Part shown: positions 9,848-18,891 of the stretch, one piece after another
Position numbering within the stretch: the first letter of the stretch is position 1
Layout of the letters: each line of letters starts with the position of its first letter
DNA from: a virus
Virus genome (UHGV): UHGV-1558314
DNA: 64,000 nucleotides
Strand: one strand, 5' to 3'
The notes under the pieces: generated by a model
What the model saw: only the letters and a program-made list of their open reading frames with translations
Told to the model about the DNA's origin: nothing
The model's database searches: none
Position numbers and translations under genes: made by a program

Positions 9848-10416
9848 GCGCCAAGTTCAGCTAAGCATTTCAACACATTGTCTTGCAGACTTGCATTGTT
9901 GTCAATTTCGACAATATGCAATGGTGAGTTCTTTCGCCACTCATCATATGCAGCAATCATTTCATTGCGTTTGCTGACATCAATGTTGACATCACCGCAA
10001 AAATTATCGACAAAATCTGGCACAACATCACGCTTGCATAAGAACACTACGTGCGGCAATGTTGCAAGCTTCTTTTCATATGCTTCAAAGAATGCTTGAT
10101 GCTTATCAGTGTGCAGCTCTTTGTAAAGCGTTGTGTTGAAGATTTGATGCGTGATGAATGAACGGTCACACAAAAACGTTGCTTTGCCAAAGCCTTGAGA
10201 GTCATTTCCAATGAACTCTAAGAAGAAGCGCCAATCATAAAAGAACGCTTCATTGAGGTCCCAAGGTTCGGGCATTGGGTCATCACCTGACTCATGCTGC
10301 TGCCACCAAGAACGAGATGTTCGTTTGCAATTGATAAACCATGGGCGCCACTTCATCAATTCATTGATGAGTGTTGTTTTGCCTGAAGCTTCTACACCTT
10401 CAAATATCGCTATCAT
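9844..10416 (-). CDS. P-loop nucleotide kinase (dNMP kinase / thymidylate-kinase-like)
   Basis: N-terminal IAIFEGVEASGKTT Walker A and FLCDRS (DRY/DRS-like) motif; resembles phage dNMP kinases and thymidylate kinases. Confidence 0.55.
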   Translation of the reverse strand: MIAIFEGVEASGKTTLINELMKWRPWFINCKRTSRSWWQQHESGDDPMPEPWDLNEAFFYDWRFFLEFIGNDSQGFGKATFLCDRSFITHQIFNTTLYKELHTDKHQAFFEAYEKKLATLPHVVFLCKRDVVPDFVDNFCGDVNIDVSKRNEMIAAYDEWRKNSPLHIVEIDNNASLQDNVLKCLAELGA

Positions 10417-10461
10417 TGTGTATTATGTTTGATTTTTGATTACAGTACAACGTAGTTATGC

Positions 10462-12018
10462 TCATTGCACTTCTACGAATGGCTCTTTCAACACAAAGCT
10501 GTCACCATTGCAACATGCGGCTGAGCCATCGTCTGCATCAAGTGCGCATGACATATCAGACTTGCAGAACTTGCAATATGAACATGACCATGCATGACTC
10601 ATAAAGTTGTTTGCTTCACAAATTACACAGCGCTCATGTGAAAGTGTATTGTCGCAATTGTCACAAGACTTCTTGATTGGCACATCTTTATTGATATATG
10701 CAAGATGCAATGCAATATCATACACAAAGTCACCCGTATATTGCTGAATGAAATCAGTGTGCCACAACTCTTTTAACAATTGTGTATGTCTATATGGCTG
10801 AACAATGTCTTCAAGATGCTGCAAGTCATCATCGCTAACCATGAGCTTCTTAATGACAAACTGTTTGAACTGCGGCCATCTGTCAAACATATAGAGTTTG
10901 CATGAGTTGTGCACAAGTGGAACACAGCCAAGCACAATGCTTTCACAGAATCTACGCAAACTAAAACAGTTTGCATCATATGACGGCACAATCAATGTGA
11001 ATCTGCTATGCTTGATGAGTTCAAGGTATGTGTCATATGGCAGTAGCTTGTCTGACAATGGCTGCTGTTGCTTGTCCCTGCTGAAAAATCTGAACACAAT
11101 GCCTTTATCAATTGCATCTTGATTGTGCAGATGCATGAGTTTGTTGATGAGTTCTGTGCGTTCAGTTTTGTCTCGCCAAGTATTCGTCAATGCAAATGCA
11201 AAATTCAGTCGCTTGTCATCAAACGTCGCTTCAATGTCATCCCAAGTTTTGTCATGCAAATACCAGTATTGCTGTGATGGGCACCATCCATAATATGCAA
11301 TAGCGTCTTGTTCTGCTGTAACGTCATACACATATGCAGAATTGTATTCAAGGCCAAGCCCTTTGACATTGTTGCAGTCATGAAAGTACCAATGCTGCAC
11401 TTTGAATATCTTTGATGCACTGAATGCGCTTTCATATGGCCCTGAATAGCGATAGTCAATGTAATTGAGCTTGTGCTGCAATGGGTCTTCGACAAAGTTG
11501 TTTATGACTGTGCCTTGTTGTTTGCCATTAGTCTTGCGAGCATTCAATGCAATATTGTACTGCATAATGACTGACAGCATCTCATACACTACATACATGA
11601 GTGCTTTGTAGACTGAGCCTGCTGCGTCAATTAGCGGCAAATCACGTTTGACTGATGCAGTACCAAATGTCTTGCAATATGCAGAAAATGTATCAAGTTC
11701 TGCCTGTTGAAATGAATTGCATGCGCCATTGAATATGTTGAATGTTGCAATGTAGCTCATATTACAAGATGTCATTGACATATCAAGACGCTTCATAATG
11801 TCAGCAATGCGACATTGAGCAAAATCTGACACATCAACATATTTGACATGATGACCTGATGCAGTCAAGCCAACTGCGACTTCTTTCATTTGTGGCACAA
11901 AGCCTACTACAATGAACAAGTCATCTTTGTTTGCTCGTTCAAACATTGCTGCACTTTTCCAAGTCAATGAATTGAAAAAGTCTATGTAGCCAGTCTGTGT
12001 GATGATATGTGTTCTCAT
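10462..12018 (-). CDS. glycosyltransferase-like protein (exostosin/GT47-like motif) with C-terminal Cys-rich extension
   Basis: NFVEDPLQHKLNYID, PSQQYWY, FTLIVPSYDANCFSLRRFCESIVLGCVPLV; Cys-rich tail (CDNCDN...CVICE...CSYCKFC). Confidence 0.5.
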   Translation of the reverse strand: MRTHIITQTGYIDFFNSLTWKSAAMFERANKDDLFIVVGFVPQMKEVAVGLTASGHHVKYVDVSDFAQCRIADIMKRLDMSMTSCNMSYIATFNIFNGACNSFQQAELDTFSAYCKTFGTASVKRDLPLIDAAGSVYKALMYVVYEMLSVIMQYNIALNARKTNGKQQGTVINNFVEDPLQHKLNYIDYRYSGPYESAFSASKIFKVQHWYFHDCNNVKGLGLEYNSAYVYDVTAEQDAIAYYGWCPSQQYWYLHDKTWDDIEATFDDKRLNFAFALTNTWRDKTERTELINKLMHLHNQDAIDKGIVFRFFSRDKQQQPLSDKLLPYDTYLELIKHSRFTLIVPSYDANCFSLRRFCESIVLGCVPLVHNSCKLYMFDRWPQFKQFVIKKLMVSDDDLQHLEDIVQPYRHTQLLKELWHTDFIQQYTGDFVYDIALHLAYINKDVPIKKSCDNCDNTLSHERCVICEANNFMSHAWSCSYCKFCKSDMSCALDADDGSAACCNGDSFVLKEPFVEVQ

Positions 12019-13181
12019 GATTTGAATGTTTGTTCAAGAATTGTGTAACACTGCACAATCATTACTGCAAGAGCTTTTTGCTGTGCTTGTTTGCAATCAT
12101 CAAAATTTGTGGGCGCAGTGCGTACGCGTGTTTTGCTATTAAGTGTCGCAAATGTCGCGTAGTCATCGAAGCCTATAATGTCAGCAAATAGGGCAATTGG
12201 CTTATAATCTACAAGTATGTTGCAGCAATTTGCAAGTACGCCTTCAACCCATCGATTTGGCAGCAAGTCTGCTTGCACATACAATGAATCACCAACTACA
12301 AGATTGTATGCCGACTGTGACATTACACGCGGCATTGCATCGTATGTGACTTTGTATTTAAGTGTAAAGTTTGGTGCTGCTGATTTAATCGCAGACAAAA
12401 TTGTGTCATCAAGATATGATGTTATGAGACACGTGTCGCACATATGTATGACAAATTGTTCAATCACACTTCTACGATACTCGTCAAGATATGTGAAACC
12501 TGCACAACTTGCACAGCATGCATATTGCTGCTTTATGTCAGCAAAGCTACGCACATGAGCTTCAATTGCATTTTGCATCGTTACTTGTAGTTTAAGCAAT
12601 CTTGGCTCTTTAATGTATTGAAGCTTCAATGCATTGACTGCTGCAATGATTTGCAATGGGGCAAACACACATTGAGACTCATCAAGCCAAGCGTATTTGA
12701 GATTTTTGTGCTGGCATAGATGCGTAATGTTGTCTTTTTGTGATTCTAAGTACTCTTTGTAATTGTGCAATCGCTTTGTCAATGTGCATTCTTTATCAAA
12801 GTCGAATCGCAAATCAGTTGTTAGTGTAAATTTGCGAGCGTTTGACAAACACCATGTTTTGAATGCATTCCACAGAACATCTTGCTGAAATTCTGAGCAA
12901 TGTTCAAGAGCAGCCTTTGAACCTTGCCAGAATATTGCGCAATCATCTGATTTTGCGCACTTCAGCATATCTTGCCATGCATGTATGTTATTGATAATAT
13001 GCACATTATCATACACAAGCTCATCAAGTATTGCATGCTTGTTCTCAGGGTCGCCAAACACATATACAGCATCAAACATTGTCTGCACAAAACCTGCAAA
13101 TGCAATAGGTTCTGTATGCTTAAGATGCTGTACGTCTGAACGCACGCATGTGTCAAATTTCAAAATGAATAGTTTGCTCAT
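12015..13181 (-). CDS. hypothetical protein, paralog of 7419..8594
   Basis: See 7419..8594; overlaps upstream gene by 4 nt. Confidence 0.5.
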   Translation of the reverse strand: MSKLFILKFDTCVRSDVQHLKHTEPIAFAGFVQTMFDAVYVFGDPENKHAILDELVYDNVHIINNIHAWQDMLKCAKSDDCAIFWQGSKAALEHCSEFQQDVLWNAFKTWCLSNARKFTLTTDLRFDFDKECTLTKRLHNYKEYLESQKDNITHLCQHKNLKYAWLDESQCVFAPLQIIAAVNALKLQYIKEPRLLKLQVTMQNAIEAHVRSFADIKQQYACCASCAGFTYLDEYRRSVIEQFVIHMCDTCLITSYLDDTILSAIKSAAPNFTLKYKVTYDAMPRVMSQSAYNLVVGDSLYVQADLLPNRWVEGVLANCCNILVDYKPIALFADIIGFDDYATFATLNSKTRVRTAPTNFDDCKQAQQKALAVMIVQCYTILEQTFKS

Positions 13182-13878
13182 ATACTTTGCAATTATCTAT
13201 TACATGTTGATATTGTACTTCATCTATGATGTGATTTGCAATGACACCATATGAGGCGTCATACATTGGCATCTTCTCATATGACAATGCTGCGTCAAGA
13301 TTGCATATCACATAATTGCAATGCACAATGTCATCTACATTGTCACTAACTGCTACGATATTGACACACTTTGCAAGAAATGCATCATCAAAGTCTACTT
13401 GATTGCATGCAACCTCATAATCTGCTGCGCTTCTTGGGTACCAATATAACTCAATGCCAGCACTACTAAGTAGTCGCAAGCCATCTATGTGATGATACAA
13501 GTCAACAAAATGCACTTGCTTAACGCCTGCTTGCAAAATAAGCTTTGCGCAATCAATGCATGGACTGTATGTTACATACAGCACTGCGTCATTTGCGGTC
13601 GCATTGCCATATTTGCACAGCTTCATCAATGCGTTTGATTCTGCATGCAAAACTTCTTTGTTGGTTTTGATACCTGCCGATGTTGCATGCTCACAACAAT
13701 TTGACATGCCAGTTGGCATGCCATTGTAGCCATCTGAAATTATGCAACCATTTTTTACAAGCAATGCGCCAACTTTTGCTCGCTGAGCATATGAATTTAA
13801 TGACCAAAGCTCAGCCATTTTAAGATATATGAGATTTCGTTGAAACTGCTTTGTTTCAGACCAAGTTAGCCATTTCAT
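13153..13878 (-). CDS. dCMP deaminase (cytidine/deoxycytidylate deaminase family) with C-terminal extension
   Basis: Zinc-binding motifs VLHAESNAL (HxE) and SPCIDCAKLI (PCxxC). Confidence 0.85.
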   Translation of the reverse strand: MKWLTWSETKQFQRNLIYLKMAELWSLNSYAQRAKVGALLVKNGCIISDGYNGMPTGMSNCCEHATSAGIKTNKEVLHAESNALMKLCKYGNATANDAVLYVTYSPCIDCAKLILQAGVKQVHFVDLYHHIDGLRLLSSAGIELYWYPRSAADYEVACNQVDFDDAFLAKCVNIVAVSDNVDDIVHCNYVICNLDAALSYEKMPMYDASYGVIANHIIDEVQYQHVIDNCKVYEQTIHFEI

Positions 13879-13882
13879 ATGC

Positions 13883-15265
13883 TTACAGTGAGTTTATAAT
13901 TTTGATAAAGTCTGTTACAATGTTTGTATGCAACTCAATGAGATAGTTGTCTTGTAATGTCATAAGCTCATCAAGTTCATCTACACTTAATGACTTGAAG
14001 ACTTCTGCACAATGCTTGGCATTTTTGATGTGTGCGACTTTATGATACTTGATAAAGTCAGGACACACACAATTATTCACGTACATACAAGGCAAGCCTG
14101 CAAGCATTGATTCAGTTGCTCTGAATGTAATTGCGTTGCATTGTTTCATATTCTCTTCACACACAATGTATGCAAAGTCGAACTGCGACAAGTATGTTAA
14201 CATGTCAAAATACTTGATTGTGCCATTATAGACATGTGGCATATCAATGTCGATATTGCCGACAACATGAGTTTCGATGTCTGCGCAGCCAAGCAAATCA
14301 ATGACTTCTTGTTTGCGTTCAGCGCACATGTCATTCCAAGCAACCATCGGCATTGCAGTAGTCAACTTGCCTGATTGCAATTTTGCTAAACGTTTTTCGT
14401 TATGTGATGCATACAATGGAATGCCTTCAAGTCTTGCATGCTGAATTGTGTTGACATTGATTTCTGTCAGCATTGACAACGCATTATGCATGTTCTGTGC
14501 TTGTGTGACAACTGTCATCTTTTTGCAGCGCAATCTAAAGTTTGCAATGTGTGGCACGAGTCGTAAATCATACCACAGCCATACAATGTCACCCTTCCAT
14601 GACTCAATAAGCTGCTTGTGCTGTTTGTAGATGACTGACTGACTCATCAAGTCATTCATTGCTGAGCATACAATGTACAACACACCATATTTGTCAATTG
14701 AGTGCTGCACATAGTCAACTGAGCAGCATAGCACATCTTTGTCGAAAAGTTTTGGGTCATGCACTTCTGCATCATCTACAATAAGATGTGCCTTGTATTG
14801 ATGCTGCTTTGTTGCATCAATGATGCGAGCAATTGCAAAGCATTCTCTACTTTGAATGTCTGTCTTATCTTGTCGTGGTTGGTCTTGTGTTCGTACAGGA
14901 TATGCAGGCTTAAGTATTACAGGCACAAAATGTGTTTTTGCAGAATATGGTGCATCTACTGCAGCAAACTCCGCGTTGCATCGTTGTGAATGCAGATGTC
15001 GTGCATATGATTGCAACAATTCATGAATCATTGCAATGTACTCTTTCAATTCAAACAGCTCGTGTACAGTTGCGTTTGTTATGTCGACTACGACAGTTTG
15101 TCGCACAATTGGATACACACAAATAACGTAATCATTATATGATAGTGGAATGCCTATAAATGCTGAGCATCTGTTTCGAAGCCATGCAATGCAATCAGCG
15201 TCAAACACAATTTCATATTGCTGCTGCAAAGCATTTAATTGCGCTATAATCAAATCATTGTGCAT
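13883..15265 (-). CDS. GT-B fold glycosyltransferase (GT1/GT4-like)
   Basis: C-terminal FAYIVCEENMKQCNAITFRATESMLAGLPCMYVN resembles the E-x7-E / EAMA-G-P donor-binding motif. Confidence 0.45.
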   Translation of the reverse strand: MHNDLIIAQLNALQQQYEIVFDADCIAWLRNRCSAFIGIPLSYNDYVICVYPIVRQTVVVDITNATVHELFELKEYIAMIHELLQSYARHLHSQRCNAEFAAVDAPYSAKTHFVPVILKPAYPVRTQDQPRQDKTDIQSRECFAIARIIDATKQHQYKAHLIVDDAEVHDPKLFDKDVLCCSVDYVQHSIDKYGVLYIVCSAMNDLMSQSVIYKQHKQLIESWKGDIVWLWYDLRLVPHIANFRLRCKKMTVVTQAQNMHNALSMLTEINVNTIQHARLEGIPLYASHNEKRLAKLQSGKLTTAMPMVAWNDMCAERKQEVIDLLGCADIETHVVGNIDIDMPHVYNGTIKYFDMLTYLSQFDFAYIVCEENMKQCNAITFRATESMLAGLPCMYVNNCVCPDFIKYHKVAHIKNAKHCAEVFKSLSVDELDELMTLQDNYLIELHTNIVTDFIKIINSL

Positions 15266-15289
15266 ATTCGTATTGTTTTATCATATATG

Positions 15290-15405
15290 AATATATTGTA
15301 CAACATGTATTGAGCTTTTGCACAACATATGTTGTTAAAATATCATCATTGTACAACATAAAGCGCATATTTGCACGTTGTGTTGCTAAAAATATTGTTA
15401 TTGTA
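15290..15405 (-). promoter_or_regulatory. cluster of three TTGTACA(A/C) boxes upstream of gene 13883..15265
   Basis: attgtacaacatg, cattgtacaacat, ttattgtacacaa within ~110 bp. Confidence 0.4.
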
Positions 15406-15440
15406 CACAAAACAAGCAGACTGCAATTGCAGTCTGCTTG
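15405..15440 (-). terminator. rho-independent terminator after gene 15488..16033
   Basis: Perfect 28-bp palindrome caagcagactgcaattgcagtctgcttg followed on the minus strand by TTTTGTG. Confidence 0.6.
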
Positions 15441-15487
15441 CACTTGTTATTAACCCTTAAAATCAATGACACTATGTCAATGTCATT

Positions 15488-16033
15488 TTAGTTTGCGTCC
15501 GCTTCCTGCGATTCAGCTTCAGCAGACTTTTCAGCAAGTTCTGCTTGCTTGCGTTTGTCAATTTCCTGCAAGCAAGTATCAAGTGCAGTAGCATTTTCAC
15601 GATACTGCTCGTCGAACTTCTGTACTTCTGCTGCAGGTGCCTCAAGCAGATTGTTGAGCGAATCCAGTGCTGCAGCAACCTGAGCACCCTTGAACTTCGT
15701 TGTAGATACTGCACGAACAATGTACTTGAACTCGAAGATGCCCATGGTGCTTCGTCCTTTTGCAGCGTCAGTAGCCCATGCAGCAAATGCGACAACATCA
15801 CGCATAAGTCGCATATCAAACTCAAGCTGCGGCAAAACAAGTTCGCACACATTACGTGCAACAGACTTGAGCAATTCGCCATCAGTCGTGACAATCATCT
15901 GCATTGACTGCGATTTGTCTTCGAGTTCTTTTCGAGCTTCACTGAGCAACTTTTCAAGTGCTTTCAGCTGCTCCATTGTCATGTCTTTGAGTTCAGTTGC
16001 AGGCTTTGCTGCAACAGCATTTTTCTTTGCCAT
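15488..16033 (-). CDS. coiled-coil protein, function unknown
   Basis: 181 aa, Lys/Glu-rich heptad-like segments; followed by a hairpin terminator. Confidence 0.5.
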   Translation of the reverse strand: MAKKNAVAAKPATELKDMTMEQLKALEKLLSEARKELEDKSQSMQMIVTTDGELLKSVARNVCELVLPQLEFDMRLMRDVVAFAAWATDAAKGRSTMGIFEFKYIVRAVSTTKFKGAQVAAALDSLNNLLEAPAAEVQKFDEQYRENATALDTCLQEIDKRKQAELAEKSAEAESQEADAN

Positions 16034-16046
16034 ATGAATAAATGTG

Positions 16047-16607
16047 TTATGAGATGATTTTGATGATTGCTAATGCTAATGTTGCTAAGCACAATGCGCT
16101 TAACAGAATCTTCCATATTGTGGCAGAATATCTTAACAATCGTAAGGGCTGTTCTTCTGCATATGCAAGATATTCGAGTTCAGCAACATTTGACATCACT
16201 GTTCTAATGATGCCATTGCCAGTGTAGTTATGTCGAAGTGTTACGACATCAAGCAGATTGTTTTGCACAAGTTGATTGAAGACAGGTTCCATGCGTTCAT
16301 GCATGATGTGCTCAACAATTGCGACTGAGTCAAGTGCTTCAAATTCTGTGCCCTGTATTGTTGCAATGACTTCAGCAGGGAGCTGCGTATGCACAATGAG
16401 ACATCGTTGTTCATTGAACAATGCAAATCCACTGTTCTTCAAAAATGTCAAAAAGTACTCATGCTCAGGGTCATTAAGATAGTCAAGCAGATATTGATGC
16501 CACTTGTTAGCTTCTGCATCAAGCTTGTTTAGACGTCGAATGACACCAAATGGCCATAGAGCCAATTTGGTATTGTGGAGGACGGTTTTATATTTCATAT
16601 GCATCAA
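16047..16607 (-). CDS. hypothetical protein with C-terminal hydrophobic helix
   Basis: 186-aa ORF. Confidence 0.45.
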   Translation of the reverse strand: MMHMKYKTVLHNTKLALWPFGVIRRLNKLDAEANKWHQYLLDYLNDPEHEYFLTFLKNSGFALFNEQRCLIVHTQLPAEVIATIQGTEFEALDSVAIVEHIMHERMEPVFNQLVQNNLLDVVTLRHNYTGNGIIRTVMSNVAELEYLAYAEEQPLRLLRYSATIWKILLSALCLATLALAIIKIIS

Positions 16608-17602
16608 TGTTCAAGATGACATGCACCATTCTGACAGCCCGCATTGCCATCTGACATGCTTGCAAGATTTGCATTGCTGTCACCACCAGCAGCTTGACCA
16701 ATATTACCAGATGAGCCAACAATGCTTATGAGTCTGCTGTCAGACATTGCAGAGCCTGCATTAGCCGAACCTGATTTGCTTGGCAATGATATTCTGGCTT
16801 CATCATAGTTGCCACCAAAAGTGATGTTCAAGTCAAGTGTAGAATCATCACCATCAATATCAATGTTGTGCTCGTAGTCTGTGATGATGTCATCGCCAGC
16901 CCATATATTATCGCCAGAATTAATTGCAGGATATTGCAAGTGTAATGTCAATGGAAGCTTGATGACTGCATCAATGTCTTCTTTGCCATGCGCAATTGTA
17001 TGCTGAGCATCCATAGAAGACACATCGAATTCATATGACGCGCCATGCATAGTGCCCGCCCAGACAAAACCATACATGTTCAACTGATACAGCTTGCTAA
17101 GCAGATACTCGTAAGTCTCAAGCGCAGTTAGCCAATCTGTTGAAAACACTTGAACATTGATTGCAAAATCTACTGGTATTCGTCTCATTGTGCTATACAA
17201 TGCAGCAGGCACGCTGTCAATTGTAGCAATCAAACGAATCTGTGTATCTTGCATGCCAAGCGCTTGTTTGTTGATTCGAGGCGACTCTACTTCAACAACG
17301 CATCGCGGCACAGTTTGAACAAAGTTCTTCGCGTCAACAAATGCATTTTCAAGTGAATTTGTTGGTGTATTGCCAACTGGGCTTGAGCCTTTACCAACAA
17401 GTTCACCTGACCAATATCGTTGGTCGCCAGTGCTCAGCATGTATGTAGGCATATTCAGACGAGCATACAAATCAGACAGCAGGCCAATAAATGCATTACG
17501 AAAGAAGTGCTGAAATGTCACGTCTTTTGCATTGACTTGCTGTTTGATTGCAGCTTGAGCTGATTTCAGCTCAGCCGAGCCTCTGTTCAGTGAATCTTTC
17601 AT
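16604..17602 (-). CDS. hypothetical protein
   Basis: 332-aa ORF overlapping neighbours by 4 nt at each end. Confidence 0.45.
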   Translation of the reverse strand: MKDSLNRGSAELKSAQAAIKQQVNAKDVTFQHFFRNAFIGLLSDLYARLNMPTYMLSTGDQRYWSGELVGKGSSPVGNTPTNSLENAFVDAKNFVQTVPRCVVEVESPRINKQALGMQDTQIRLIATIDSVPAALYSTMRRIPVDFAINVQVFSTDWLTALETYEYLLSKLYQLNMYGFVWAGTMHGASYEFDVSSMDAQHTIAHGKEDIDAVIKLPLTLHLQYPAINSGDNIWAGDDIITDYEHNIDIDGDDSTLDLNITFGGNYDEARISLPSKSGSANAGSAMSDSRLISIVGSSGNIGQAAGGDSNANLASMSDGNAGCQNGACHLEH

Positions 17603-18033
17603 TGGTCAAGCATATCATTAGCAGCTTTTTGCTGCATAACGAGTTTTAGCAAAGCGTCATTGCCCTGTGATTCAAGCATGTTTTTAGCTATGATGAGCTT
17701 GTTTGTGTATGACAACTGGTCCCAACAAAGCTTTGTGTCAAGCTCATAGTATGTGTTGATTGCATCAAACACATCGATAAGCTGCAAAGCGTTTTTTGTT
17801 AACGCAGCGCATTTTGCAATGCACTCATTGTACTTTGTAGGTTCAATGAACTTATATTTGCGAAGTCTTATTCTAATGTACCTGTGATACGAAGACTTTT
17901 GCAAAAACTGTTCTATTGTAGATGTTGCTAATGCTACTACAGTGTCGTCATTGATTGAAAGCTTGTCGTATTTGATTTCAAACCGCTCAAGTTCCGTAGA
18001 TAGCCATTCATTGTCAAATATCGACTTACCCAT
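17599..18033 (-). CDS. hypothetical protein
   Basis: 144-aa ORF. Confidence 0.45.
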   Translation of the reverse strand: MGKSIFDNEWLSTELERFEIKYDKLSINDDTVVALATSTIEQFLQKSSYHRYIRIRLRKYKFIEPTKYNECIAKCAALTKNALQLIDVFDAINTYYELDTKLCWDQLSYTNKLIIAKNMLESQGNDALLKLVMQQKAANDMLDQ

Positions 18034-18057
18034 AGTGTATGAACTGCTTGTAGCGTG

Positions 18058-18375
18058 TTATTGCATATTGTCGACAATCAGTTGTTCAAGTGCAATAGCT
18101 GACAATGCACCAGTTGCACGACCAGCTTCAATGCAATCACGAAAGACAATTGTCGTTGGTACTGAACGAACATTATGAGTGCTATCAAGCTCATCGCACT
18201 CTTCAACATTCACTTCAGCAAATGTCACCTTGCCATTGAATTTCTTTTCAGTTGACTCGAAAATTGGTGCATAGCCTTGACAAGGCACGCACCATGGCGC
18301 ACTGAACTTCACTACAACGAGTTGATTGTTTGCAAGTGCTCGAGCCATTTCGGCTTTATGTTTGAGTTGCAACAT
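18058..18375 (-). CDS. thioredoxin
   Basis: Active site WCVPCQ (WCxPC) in a ~105-aa protein. Confidence 0.85.
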   Translation of the reverse strand: MLQLKHKAEMARALANNQLVVVKFSAPWCVPCQGYAPIFESTEKKFNGKVTFAEVNVEECDELDSTHNVRSVPTTIVFRDCIEAGRATGALSAIALEQLIVDNMQ

Positions 18376-18417
18376 ATCTTTTTATGTTTGTTTGTTGACA
18401 ATATATGTATATTTGCA

Positions 18418-18873
18418 TTACTCATCATCTTCTACAGCAAGAACAGCTTCAAGCAATCTTGCGGTGCCTTTGCTAATGTTCTTGTCTTTGACGTTGGTGA
18501 GCTTTTTAAGGTCATACTGCATGATGCGCTCAAGCTTCTTTGCAGACTTGACTATGTCAACATCTTCAGCACGCATTGCTTTTGCAATTTGTGCAGCAAA
18601 GATGCACTTGTAGATATCAAGTTCTACGAAATCTGCTGCTTTGATGTCCTGTTCTTTGTACAGCTCAGTCAATGCTAAGCCAAACTGATTTGACGCTCTG
18701 TCAAAATCAACTTTTGTTGCGGGCTGTTGTGTTGCATTTGCTACAGCTTGAATTCGCTTTGTGACAAGCAAATAAGTGTCAAACACACCTTTGAGGTCTC
18801 GCTGCTCAACTATAGGCCGCAGCATTTCTTTGATTTCAGTAGAATTGAACGGTTGCATATTGTTTATTAGCAT
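18418..18873 (-). CDS. hypothetical protein
   Basis: 151-aa ORF. Confidence 0.45.
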   Translation of the reverse strand: MLINNMQPFNSTEIKEMLRPIVEQRDLKGVFDTYLLVTKRIQAVANATQQPATKVDFDRASNQFGLALTELYKEQDIKAADFVELDIYKCIFAAQIAKAMRAEDVDIVKSAKKLERIMQYDLKKLTNVKDKNISKGTARLLEAVLAVEDDE

Positions 18874-18891
18874 TTATATTGATAATGTACA

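Noticed and set aside
15472-15894. Alternative-frame ORF overlapping 15488..16033
   Set aside because: Same strand, different frame, Ser/Leu/Arg-rich with no motifs; the coiled-coil frame with a clean ATG and a downstream terminator is the better model.
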